From: Candidatus Zixiibacteriota bacterium
GTDB taxonomy: Bacteria > Zixibacteria > MSB-5A5 > CAIYYT01
Reading direction: 5' to 3'
DNA length: 14,038 bases
NCBI GenBank assembly: GCA_040235515.1
Contig: JBECKX010000062.1
Span: 1-14,038, forward strand
Of the stretch, positions 6,401 to 14,038 are shown piece by piece (position 1 is the stretch's first letter; each line of letters starts with the position of its first letter). The notes below the pieces were generated by a model. That model was not told the origin of the DNA and did no database searches. It saw only the letters and a list, made by a program, of their open reading frames with translations. The position numbers and the translations under genes are program-made.

Positions 6401-6937
6401 ATGAAAAGAGGAATGGTGTTCGTGTGTGCTGTCGTGCTGTCGCTGCAGGTTTCCCTGCCGGCGCAGGGTTCGGAGCACGAGATGGAAGCTGACTCAGCAG
6501 GTGTTGAGACAGAGAGCGGTGAGGTCTATGAGGTTCTGCGTGAAGAACAGCACGAGCCGCTGTATGCGGCGCATGATAAGGATACCGGCATATTGCTGAG
6601 TATATTCCCGGGGATTGCCATACATGGATTCGGCAATTTCTATGCAGGGAGGGTAGGGACAGGACTCTTATTGCTGGGGACCGAGGCGATCGGCATATCG
6701 ATGCTGATTGCGAGTTTCTCGGCTTCCATGAAGGATTTCCACCCATTCGACCGGGATCGCGAGCATGATGAGACCGAGGAGACGTGGTTGGCGCTTGGCG
6801 GGATTGGGTTGTTTCTGTTCTCATGGATTTATGATATCGCGACCGTAGGGGGCGCAATCGATGACTACAACGCGCGGCATTCGGGAATCAGTTTGTCGAT
6901 CGAAGAAGACCGGCTGCTGCTGACGTATAAGTTCTGA
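6401..6937 (+). CDS. Exported/membrane protein with Gly-rich hydrophobic hairpin (TM2/P13/DUF5683-like)
   Basis: SD GGGAGG, N-terminal signal peptide, 'LLSIFPGIAIHGFGNFYAG..GTGLLLLG' motif, a further hydrophobic segment, and C-terminal ...LLLTYKF. Confidence 0.8.
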   Translation: MKRGMVFVCAVVLSLQVSLPAQGSEHEMEADSAGVETESGEVYEVLREEQHEPLYAAHDKDTGILLSIFPGIAIHGFGNFYAGRVGTGLLLLGTEAIGISMLIASFSASMKDFHPFDRDREHDETEETWLALGGIGLFLFSWIYDIATVGGAIDDYNARHSGISLSIEEDRLLLTYKF

Positions 6938-6975
6938 TACAGCGACAGAGATTAATATCTACCGACAACAACAGC

Positions 6976-7635
6976 GTGGAGACCTGGACTATGATCTTCG
7001 ACCATCAATTCCTGACGTTTGCGGTTGCTGCTACGATCCTGACAATCACGCCCGGAAACGACACCTTCCTCGTGTTCAACCGTACTCTCGGGAATGGTCG
7101 ACGATGCGGCGCCGCGGCCACGCTCGGTGTTCTGGCCGGGCTTCCAGTTCATGGATTCTTTGCGTCGGTTGGTTTGTCAGTGATTCTGGTGCAGTCCGCA
7201 GAGTTGTTTGCCGTGGTGAAGTATATGGGGGCTGCGTACCTGGCCTACCTCGGAATCAGAAGTATCCGGGATGCCTGGCGGCGTCGGAACGGTGGGGAAG
7301 CTGGTGCTGCCGACAATCTCCAGCGAAGCGAGAAGAGTGTACGCCGCTGTTTTATGGAGGGATTTCTCACCAACGTGCTCAACCCCAAGGTGGCGATCTT
7401 TTATCTCTCCTTCCTGCCGCAGTTCATCTCTCCGAATGATCCGGTGATGTTGAAATCATTGGCGATGGCCGGTTTCCACTGGTTGACCGGTGTGTTCTGG
7501 TTGTTCTTTGTGGTCTTTGCAGTGGGCAAGGCTCGCGTTGTGCTGAAGCGGCCGCGCATCCGGCGCTGGCTTGAGACAGTGAGTGGTGCGGTGCTGGTGG
7601 CCTTTGGGCTGAAACTGGCGCTGTCGCGGCGATGA
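6976..7635 (+). CDS. LysE/RhtB family amino-acid exporter
   Basis: Motifs ITPGND, VKYMGAAYLAYLG, F.EGFLTNVLNPKVAIFYLSFLPQF and SGAVLVAFGLKL. The start may be GTG 6976 or ATG 6991. Confidence 0.95.
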   Translation: METWTMIFDHQFLTFAVAATILTITPGNDTFLVFNRTLGNGRRCGAAATLGVLAGLPVHGFFASVGLSVILVQSAELFAVVKYMGAAYLAYLGIRSIRDAWRRRNGGEAGAADNLQRSEKSVRRCFMEGFLTNVLNPKVAIFYLSFLPQFISPNDPVMLKSLAMAGFHWLTGVFWLFFVVFAVGKARVVLKRPRIRRWLETVSGAVLVAFGLKLALSRR

Positions 7636-7682
7636 TGGCACGCAGCGCTGAGATTGGAGACGAAGCGCCCTAACAGAAACAG

Positions 7683-7717
7683 AATCGCCGGACGAGTGCG
7701 TTATTCGTCCGGCGATT
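7683..7717. terminator. Hairpin between convergent genes; likely bidirectional terminator
   Basis: 13-bp perfect stem AATCGCCGGACGA / TCGTCCGGCGATT between the LysE and dockerin-protein stops, with no long T tract. Confidence 0.6.
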
Positions 7718-7762
7718 GTCGTAGTGACTAGCAGTCATAGTCACCCGAATGTTTCTCCGGGC

Positions 7763-10186
7763 TCAATTGCAGGTTGGTTCGGGTGTCATGTCATCCGGTA
7801 TGCAGGGCGCCGGTCCACCTCCGAAGATGAAGTTGATTAGATAGACGGCGTCGCTGATGGAGATTGCACCTGAGCAATCCACATCTCCGGCCTGGCACGG
7901 CATTGGTGCAGGTCCTCCGCCAAAGATGTAGTTGATGATATAGACGGCATCGCCGATCGAGACCCCGCAACTGCCATCTGCATCCCCCGTTCGTGGCGTG
8001 ATAAACACCTGCGACTCGAAGATATCCACATCTGTTCCGGCAGCGTCATACCAGATCTCAACCGGTACACGGCTGTCGTCGCCTAGGTTGCCGTCGACCG
8101 GAGTGCAGATTTGATAGACTACCGAATCCAATGCCGTGATCGGGAACGAGGTCGGTACATGGATTTCGTTGATAAACCAACCGTCGGCCAAATAATCAGT
8201 CGGCACTACGATGTTCTCCACGGGGTCACCGTCGAGTCGGATGAAGACATCGTAGCAAAGCCCACCGTCGGCACCGCAGTGCCAGATCGACTGCGCGCAT
8301 TCCTCGAGGACCGTTGAAGTTGAGCAACAGTCATTGGTAAACTCGACGGAGAGGCAGCCATGCCCCTCGCCGGGAACGACGTAGGTCACCGTGACCGTGT
8401 CAGTTTCACCCGGGAGCAGCGCCTTGTTGTAGTTGTAGTTTTCGATCAGGCTCTGCGAACCTCCGGTACCAAACCCGGAACTGAAAAATCCGATGAAGCC
8501 GATGAAACAGCTTTCGAAGTTGTTGTTCTCCAGCGTCAGGGTCAGATCGACGTGTTGACCCGGTGCCAGGCTGGATCCGGGGTCGAGTGAGAAACTTGCG
8601 CTGAATCGATCACAGGGAGAGAGTCCGCAGAAGTGGCCGACGTGGTCGTAGAAGATATTCTGATCTGCGAACTGAATTCCCGGGACGCCATTGTAGTTGT
8701 TGCATTCCGAGAAATCGAAATCGAATCCGAGCGAGACACCCATGTCACCATTGATATCGAATGATCTGACCGGCACGGTCGCGATAGTCCCACAAGGAGC
8801 CATCACTACAGCCTGACAGCCGACGGTGCAGCCACCGCCCGCTGCATAGAATGTCAGTTGACCCTGGGCGTTGGAGGGTGCAATCGGATCGAGGCGTGTG
8901 ATCTGGGTGCCACCGTTACAGGTGTCGACATCAGAGCAATTCATGAACTCGATCCAGACGGTGGAGTCACCTGCGATCGGGTTATCGCTACCATCCTTGA
9001 GGTAGACATGGAAGGCTGCATCCCCGCCGGGGCAGAGGAGGAGTACGGGATCTGCAGTCGAGTTGGTGCAAATGGTTCCGCTGCAGCCCGCCAGTTGTGG
9101 ATCGACGCAGCTACAGGCGACCGGTGGCGGCCCGCCGTTGTTGAGGAAGTCGTCGAGATAGTCAGCATCACTCTGGTCGATGATGCAGTCGCCGTTGAGG
9201 TCGTAGTTCGTGGCGGGTGAAGGCGGCGGGATCTGACACGATACGACTGAATCGAGTTCGATCAGATCGGTAAGCTCAACAATGTGATTTCTATTTATGT
9301 CGCCCGGCAGCTGGGTGTCACAGGTATCGCCGCAGATTGGAACGGTGATATCGCATGAGCAGTCCAGCGTGGCGCTTGCAAAGATATGATCGGTGAGAAT
9401 CTGCAGGTCGGTGCTGTCGATGGCGCAATCGCCGTTAACGTCCGCAGTCGTCAGGGGACAGGGATCAGAACCGCCGCTAATCCAGACGGCGAAGTTCGCG
9501 AGATCATCGATCCCAACGCCACCGCTTCCATTGACATCGCCACATTCTCTTGCAACGACGGGAAAGGAAACGGCAGGGCAATCCGGGTTGGTGACGGCGC
9601 TATTGTTGCAGCCGAAGTAGTCAGGGGGGAAACTACCAGCAACAGGCTGGGCGACTTCCCAGTTGCCGCCGGGAGGGAAGAGGATATTGTCGATTTCGAT
9701 CGAACCCGCAGGCTCACCCTCCGCAATGAAGACGGCGAGACGAAAGACGATATCGGACGCATCTCCGGCGGCCAGGTTCTGAGATATTGCTGCGCCTCCG
9801 ATCAGGATCGAATCGGGGAGTGAGCCATTGAAGCCGTTTTGCGTTTCAGTGAACAAAAGGTCAAAGGCAGATTGCGCGCGACAGCCGCTCTCCATGTAGC
9901 ATGTGCCGGCGCAGTTGGGCAGGTCTCCGTCAGGTTGCCATTGCAACTGGCCGGCGTAGCCTGAGAAGAGAAATCCCAGCGACAGAGCGGTGATCTCCTC
10001 ATCGTTCTCAATGTGGAAGTTGATGTAGTTTGTGATGCCCGTGTAAAGACTTCCTGAGCACTCCAGGTGGTCATTGACCGTAATCGTTACATTGGCCGCA
10101 GCCTCCGCCGTCGGTGCGCCGAACGGGCAGAGAGTAATGCATAGTGCGAGACAGAGAATCGGTACTGTTGAATACAGCCTTCTCAT
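7763..10186 (-). CDS. Secreted Cys-rich multidomain protein with several dockerin-type (duplicated Ca-binding loop) modules and beta-sandwich (cohesin/Ig/CARDB-like) domains
   Basis: Signal peptide ending AEA-A. Loop pairs GDVNGSGGVGIDD/ADVNGDCAIDSTD, GDINRNHIVELTD/DLNGDCIIDQSD and GDADGSCGVSIGD/GDVDCSGAISISD, plus a degenerate DINGDMGV pair. SD AAGGGAG. Confidence 0.88.
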   Translation of the reverse strand: MRRLYSTVPILCLALCITLCPFGAPTAEAAANVTITVNDHLECSGSLYTGITNYINFHIENDEEITALSLGFLFSGYAGQLQWQPDGDLPNCAGTCYMESGCRAQSAFDLLFTETQNGFNGSLPDSILIGGAAISQNLAAGDASDIVFRLAVFIAEGEPAGSIEIDNILFPPGGNWEVAQPVAGSFPPDYFGCNNSAVTNPDCPAVSFPVVARECGDVNGSGGVGIDDLANFAVWISGGSDPCPLTTADVNGDCAIDSTDLQILTDHIFASATLDCSCDITVPICGDTCDTQLPGDINRNHIVELTDLIELDSVVSCQIPPPSPATNYDLNGDCIIDQSDADYLDDFLNNGGPPPVACSCVDPQLAGCSGTICTNSTADPVLLLCPGGDAAFHVYLKDGSDNPIAGDSTVWIEFMNCSDVDTCNGGTQITRLDPIAPSNAQGQLTFYAAGGGCTVGCQAVVMAPCGTIATVPVRSFDINGDMGVSLGFDFDFSECNNYNGVPGIQFADQNIFYDHVGHFCGLSPCDRFSASFSLDPGSSLAPGQHVDLTLTLENNNFESCFIGFIGFFSSGFGTGGSQSLIENYNYNKALLPGETDTVTVTYVVPGEGHGCLSVEFTNDCCSTSTVLEECAQSIWHCGADGGLCYDVFIRLDGDPVENIVVPTDYLADGWFINEIHVPTSFPITALDSVVYQICTPVDGNLGDDSRVPVEIWYDAAGTDVDIFESQVFITPRTGDADGSCGVSIGDAVYIINYIFGGGPAPMPCQAGDVDCSGAISISDAVYLINFIFGGGPAPCIPDDMTPEPTCN

Positions 10187-10427
10187 GCGCTCTCCCTTCT
10201 GGTTGTGATCTGGTTCGCTTCTGCAGGAGTTGGACCAAGATTAGTCGGCACAGAAAAACAGCGAAAGCTAACGCAGACTGATGTGAAGACGGGATCTGCC
10301 ACCCCTTCCATGCATGTACTCCGAGACAGGTGGGTATCTGCGGATTGCACTGGCTGGGAGATTCAGACGCAGAATTCTCCCAGGTAGACTGCCTGGAATT
10401 GATACGATCGCCTGAAATTGTACTGAA

Positions 10428-10456
10428 AAGGTATACTATGTTTGGTTTTTTAGCAA
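10428..10456 (-). promoter_or_regulatory. Candidate sigma70 promoter for the dockerin-protein gene
   Basis: Minus strand TTGCTA-17 bp-TACCTT in an AT-rich patch just downstream of the nrdJ terminator. Confidence 0.45.
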
Positions 10457-10476
10457 GCTGGATCGAGATTGGGGAT

Positions 10477-10508
10477 AAAAAATAGAGGCGGGCCACTCCT
10501 GGCCCGCC
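10477..10508 (-). terminator. Rho-independent terminator of nrdJ
   Basis: GGCGGGCCA-N4-TGGCCCGCC stem (10487-10508), followed on the minus strand by TCTATTTTTT. Confidence 0.8.
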
Positions 10509-10524
10509 AAAGCAGATCAAAGGT

Positions 10525-10614
10525 GTCGGGATGTTTCACCCGGCCGTTTAAGCAGCCGGGTGAATCCTGACTTACTTCCCTGTAGGTCAGAGAAGCGTCT
10601 CAATGCGCTTCTCT
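10525..10614. repeat. Two REP-like hairpins in the nrdJ 3' region
   Basis: GTCGGGA..TTCACCCGGC-N10-GCCGGGTGAA-TCCTGAC-TTAC (10525-10575) and GTAGGTC-AGAGAAGCG-N8-CGCTTCTCT (10582-10614). Confidence 0.55.
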
Positions 10615-10667
10615 AAACCACTTTACCACGGGTTCTGTCTCTGAAGTGCTGTTGGTATCTATTGGAC

Positions 10668-12995
10668 CTAGCACTTGTTGTATCCGCAACCGCGACAGGT
10701 GACACAGCCTGAGTCGTGCTCGAGGCGAGTGCCACAATCGGGGCAGTTGTCATGATAGGTGGAGTCGCGACGGTATTCTTTACCGTTCCCGAAGTGTTTC
10801 TTCAGCACCAACGCGATGGCATCCGGTATAGACTTGACCAGTTCGCCATTCTGATAGAGTGGTGATTCGCCACCGATGCCGGTCAACTGTTCGATGATCT
10901 CTTCGACCGGAACGCCCGAGCGGAGGGCGAGCGAGATCATGCGGCAGATGGCCTCGGAGTCGGCCATGGTTGACCAACCTGATTTGCCGATCTGCGCGAA
11001 GACTTCGAACGGGCGGCCGTTATGCGCATTGATGGTGATATAGAGATTGCCGTAGCCGGTCCGGATTCGTTCCGTGATACCGGTAAGGGAGTCGGGCCGC
11101 TCGGCGATGACGCCGGTTTCTTTTTCGCCTTCACTCTTGGCGGCAGGCGCCGGGGCTTCGACTTTCTTCTTAATCGGTTTTGGCTCAGGGACAGTGGGTG
11201 CACCAGATTCCGCTTTCTTGGTTTTGCCGGTGGAGAGCACCTGCATCGGGCGAGAGCCGTCGCGATAGATTGTGACACCCTTGCAGCCGAGTTCGTAGGC
11301 GAGCCAGTAGGCATCGAAGACATCCTGTTGCGTCGCCGAGTGATCCATATTGATCGTTTTCGAGACGGAGGAGTCGCAATGTTTCTGAAAGACTGCCTGC
11401 ATGCGAATATGGTGTTCCGGAGTTACATCGGCTGCGGTGATGAAGAGCTCGCGCACATCGCGCGGGACATCCTCGATGCCCTGAAGCGAGTTGTCGTCGG
11501 CGATTTTCTCCATCAATTCCTTGCTGTAGAAGCCACGTTTGCGGGCGATGCGCTCGAAGAGCGGGTTGACATCGATCAGCTTGGTGCCATCCATCACGTT
11601 GCGCACGAACGAGACGGCGTAATAGGGTTCGATACCGGATGAGCAACCGGCGATAATCGAAATCGTGCCGGTGGGGGCGATCGTGGTGACGGTAGCGTTA
11701 CGCATCAGGACATTGTCTTTGGCGAAACGTGATTTTTCCCAGTTCGGGAATTTGCCACGACTACGGGCGAGTTCAGATGAGAAGAAGTGACCTTCGTTAT
11801 TGATGAACTCCATCATCTTCTCGCCGAGGCGCAGGGCGGACTCGCTGTTGTAGGGGACGCGCAGTTTGACCAAAAGGTCGGCCCATCCCATCACACCAAG
11901 GCCGATGCGCCGATTGCGACGGGTCTGAGTCTCGATTTCGGGAATCGGGTATTTGTTGGCGTCGATGATATTGTCAAGGAAGTGCGTGGCGGTTTTGACG
12001 ACGTTCCGCAGTTTGTCCCAATCGACACCTTTTTCCGGCTCGTTGTTCGGGTCGAAATCACGCGGGAATTCGTCGACGGTAAACTCACCGAGGTTGATCG
12101 AGCCGAGATTGCAGGAATCGTAGGGTGGCAGGGGTTGCTCACCGCAGGGATTGGTGGCTTCGATCATCTCGAGGTCCGGGTTGGGGGAGCGTTCATTCAT
12201 GCGATCGATGAAGATGATCCCCGGCTCGCCGGTCTGCCAGGCGTGCTGAACGATATCGTTAAATATCTTGGTGGCGTTCTTGGTCATTACCTTGCCGTTG
12301 ATCACGTAGGGCTCGCCGGTTCGCGGATCACGCAACTGGTAGTCGCGCTGCTCTTTCACCGCCTGCATGAAATCTGCAGTGATGGCGACCGAGATATTGA
12401 AATTGGTGACCTGCGAGACATCATCCTTGCAGGAGATGAACTCCTCGATGTCGGGGTGGTCGACGCGCAGGATACCCATATTGGCGCCTCGGCGCGTACC
12501 GCCCTGCTTGACTGCCTCGGTGGCGGAATTGAAGACTTTCATGAAGGAGATCGGACCCGAGGCGACACCTGAGGTTGAGGCGACCATCGAATTGCGCGGA
12601 CGGAGTCGGGAGAAGGAGAAACCGGTGCCGCCGCCTGATTTGTGGATCAGGGCCGCATGTTTGATGGTCTCGAAAATTTCCTCCATTGAGTCACCGACCG
12701 GGAGGACGAAGCAGGCGGAGAGCTGTCCTAGCGGGCGACCGGCGTTCATCAGGGTGGGGGAGTTCGGCATAAACTGCAGGCTGGAAATCATTGAATAGAA
12801 TTCGTCCGATGTCTGGCGAATCTGGTCATCGGTGGCGCCATAATTCTTGTCCGGCAGCGCTACCGCGTCGGCAACCCTGCGGAACAACTGATCCGGAGTC
12901 TCGACGATCTTTCCACTGTCATCCTTGGCAAGATAGCGTCGCTCGAGAACCCGGATCGCGTTCTCAGTCAATGTTTTCTTCTCAAATCCCTGCAT
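10668..12995 (-). CDS. nrdJ: Vitamin B12-dependent (class II) ribonucleotide reductase with fused TSCPD-type C-terminal domain and Zn ribbon
   Basis: PNSPTLMNAG, QLSACFV, GGGTG, TNPCGEQ (thiyl radical Cys), SCNLGS, TIAPTGT, SSGIEP and KGVTIYRDGSR. C-terminal TGYGNLYITIN...SIPD and CPDC...C..CGYNKC. No N-terminal ATP cone apparent. Confidence 0.96.
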   Translation of the reverse strand: MQGFEKKTLTENAIRVLERRYLAKDDSGKIVETPDQLFRRVADAVALPDKNYGATDDQIRQTSDEFYSMISSLQFMPNSPTLMNAGRPLGQLSACFVLPVGDSMEEIFETIKHAALIHKSGGGTGFSFSRLRPRNSMVASTSGVASGPISFMKVFNSATEAVKQGGTRRGANMGILRVDHPDIEEFISCKDDVSQVTNFNISVAITADFMQAVKEQRDYQLRDPRTGEPYVINGKVMTKNATKIFNDIVQHAWQTGEPGIIFIDRMNERSPNPDLEMIEATNPCGEQPLPPYDSCNLGSINLGEFTVDEFPRDFDPNNEPEKGVDWDKLRNVVKTATHFLDNIIDANKYPIPEIETQTRRNRRIGLGVMGWADLLVKLRVPYNSESALRLGEKMMEFINNEGHFFSSELARSRGKFPNWEKSRFAKDNVLMRNATVTTIAPTGTISIIAGCSSGIEPYYAVSFVRNVMDGTKLIDVNPLFERIARKRGFYSKELMEKIADDNSLQGIEDVPRDVRELFITAADVTPEHHIRMQAVFQKHCDSSVSKTINMDHSATQQDVFDAYWLAYELGCKGVTIYRDGSRPMQVLSTGKTKKAESGAPTVPEPKPIKKKVEAPAPAAKSEGEKETGVIAERPDSLTGITERIRTGYGNLYITINAHNGRPFEVFAQIGKSGWSTMADSEAICRMISLALRSGVPVEEIIEQLTGIGGESPLYQNGELVKSIPDAIALVLKKHFGNGKEYRRDSTYHDNCPDCGTRLEHDSGCVTCRGCGYNKC

Positions 12996-13289
12996 AGCCT
13001 TACTCCGTGCGTGTTTGAATCCGCGATGAAAAGTTTATATTTGAGCTGTTTCGGCCAGCGTTGCGCCGGCGAGAGATTCTCCAGGTCCCGCTCTCACTTG
13101 ATCTAACCACAAAATCTGTTCCCAAACCCGTCGCCACGCTTCCGGATCAAGCTATGCCGCAGCCTCCCTGGCCGAAATCACATTTGATCACCTGAAACGA
13201 TCTCTCGTGAGTCGATCACTTTTGATCTATGCGTGGATATCAGGGTTTTCCGCAACCGACTGCCCTGGAGTTGTCGGCGCGGGATACCA

Positions 13290-13318
13290 AGACTAACCGA
13301 CACAACGAACGCTGTCAA
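13290..13318 (-). promoter_or_regulatory. Sigma70 promoter for nrdJ
   Basis: Minus strand TTGACA-17 bp-TAGTCT with an upstream T-tract (UP-element-like, 13319-13336). Confidence 0.7.
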
Positions 13319-13336
13319 ATAAAAAACTGCAAAAAA

Positions 13337-13401
13337 GCACAAGATATTGTGCTGTAAGCGACTATGACGCCACAATATATACGTATCGATAAATATGGTG
13401 T
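13337..13401. promoter_or_regulatory. NrdR boxes
   Basis: GCACAAGATATTGTGC (13337-13352) matches every strongly conserved position of the NrdR consensus acaCwAtATaTwGtg. Weaker boxes CCACAATATATACGTA (13370-13385) and TCGATAAATATGGTGT (13386-13401). Located upstream of an RNR gene. Confidence 0.8.
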
Positions 13402-13620
13402 TTCGAGGAAATTTACTTTCGGCTAACGATAAGTTAATGAAAAACTTACAGGTTCAGGGTGTGCTGCGGTTGGCGTCGACGTTAGTGCGCGCTATCTCTA
13501 AGTTGTTGCGAATGAGGAGCTTGTTTGCGCATGCTTGCGGGATGCGGAGTATTCGGTGCAGCATCCGCTTGCCGGACAACGACTCTTCGGCCTGCAGAGA
13601 CCGGCTGCCGGAGAATTGGC

Positions 13621-13650
13621 TTGACTTAACTTGCCTTCGCAGGCTACTTT
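13621..13650 (+). promoter_or_regulatory. Candidate sigma70 promoter for the class II aldolase gene
   Basis: TTGACT-18 bp-TACTTT. Confidence 0.45.
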
Positions 13651-13660
13651 GACACCTTGA

Positions 13661-13693
13661 TTTGGCTGAGGTTTGGCTGAGACTTAGCTGAGG
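13661..13693 (+). repeat. Three tandem 11-bp direct repeats
   Basis: TTTGGCTGAGG / TTTGGCTGAGA / CTTAGCTGAGG. Confidence 0.8.
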
Positions 13694-13707
13694 AAGTAGT
13701 CCGAGCA

Positions 13708-14038
13708 ATGGATGAGACGCAGGCACGCCAGGAAATCTGCAAAGTCGGTAAGTTGTTATACGATAAAGGAATGATTGCCGGGATGGAGGGCAATATTTCT
13801 TGTCGATTGCTGGAGAACTCGATCCTGATCACACCGGCCGGCGTCTGCAAGGGTGAATTGAGGCCGGAGGAAATAGTGCAGTTGGAGCCGAATGGCAGCG
13901 TGGTCGGCGACGGCAAGCCTTCCAGCGAATATCAGCTTCACCTTTCCGCTTACCGCAATCGCAGCAGTTTCAACGCCGCCGTGCATGCACACGCACCGCA
14001 TCTGTCGGCATTTGCTGTGCGCTCACAGAGCATGCAGG
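13708..14038 (+). CDS. Class II aldolase/adducin family protein (FucA/MtnB/AraD-like), truncated by the window end
   Basis: Not in the ORF track because there is no stop in the window. Translation MDETQARQEICKVGKLLYDKGMIAGMEGNISCR...ILITPAGVCKG...KPSSEYQLHLSAY...AAVHAHAPH shows the GN.S, ITP.G, PSSE and HxH metal-binding motifs. SD AGGAAG. Confidence 0.92.
   Translation, partial: MDETQARQEICKVGKLLYDKGMIAGMEGNISCRLLENSILITPAGVCKGELRPEEIVQLEPNGSVVGDGKPSSEYQLHLSAYRNRSSFNAAVHAHAPHLSAFAVRSQSMQ

Noticed and set aside
10668..12995. Intein or intron in nrdJ; long antisense ORFs 11022..11642 and 11787..12572
   Set aside because: The RNR motifs are contiguous at normal spacing with no splicing motifs. 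The antisense ORFs are typical shadows of high-GC codon usage.
12996..13290. Cobalamin riboswitch upstream of nrdJ
   Set aside because: The conserved elements (GGGAA..GGTG.AA.TCC, GCCCCCGC.ACTGT and the B12 box) are not found in order on the minus strand.
13395..14001. ORFs 13395..13652, 13454..13726, 13644..13916 and 13756..14001
   Set aside because: They overlap regulatory DNA or are antisense to the real class II aldolase gene starting at 13708.

Overview
This is bacterial chromosomal DNA. The C-terminal dockerin-type motif 'GDADGS..VSIGDAVYIINYIFGGGPAP' suggests a Zixibacteria-like or related FCB-group organism (inference). Housekeeping genes are fbaB (class I FBP aldolase), acpS, a LysE/RhtB exporter, nrdJ (class II B12-dependent ribonucleotide reductase) and a 3'-truncated class II aldolase missing from the ORF track. 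Accessory or poorly characterised elements are: an AT-richer two-gene pair (RxxxxH HEPN-like protein plus membrane protein) behind fbaB; a ~200-nt rod-shaped 6S-like ncRNA with its own promoter and terminator, set inside a 1.2-kb mosaic of at least six different REP-like palindrome families; a translationally coupled pair of roadblock/LC7-like proteins with no adjacent GTPase; an 807-aa Cys-rich secreted multi-dockerin protein; and a ~290-nt structured nrdJ leader with NrdR boxes upstream. No CRISPR array, tRNA, rRNA or intact transposase was seen. All family assignments come from motif recognition by eye, not from database searches.
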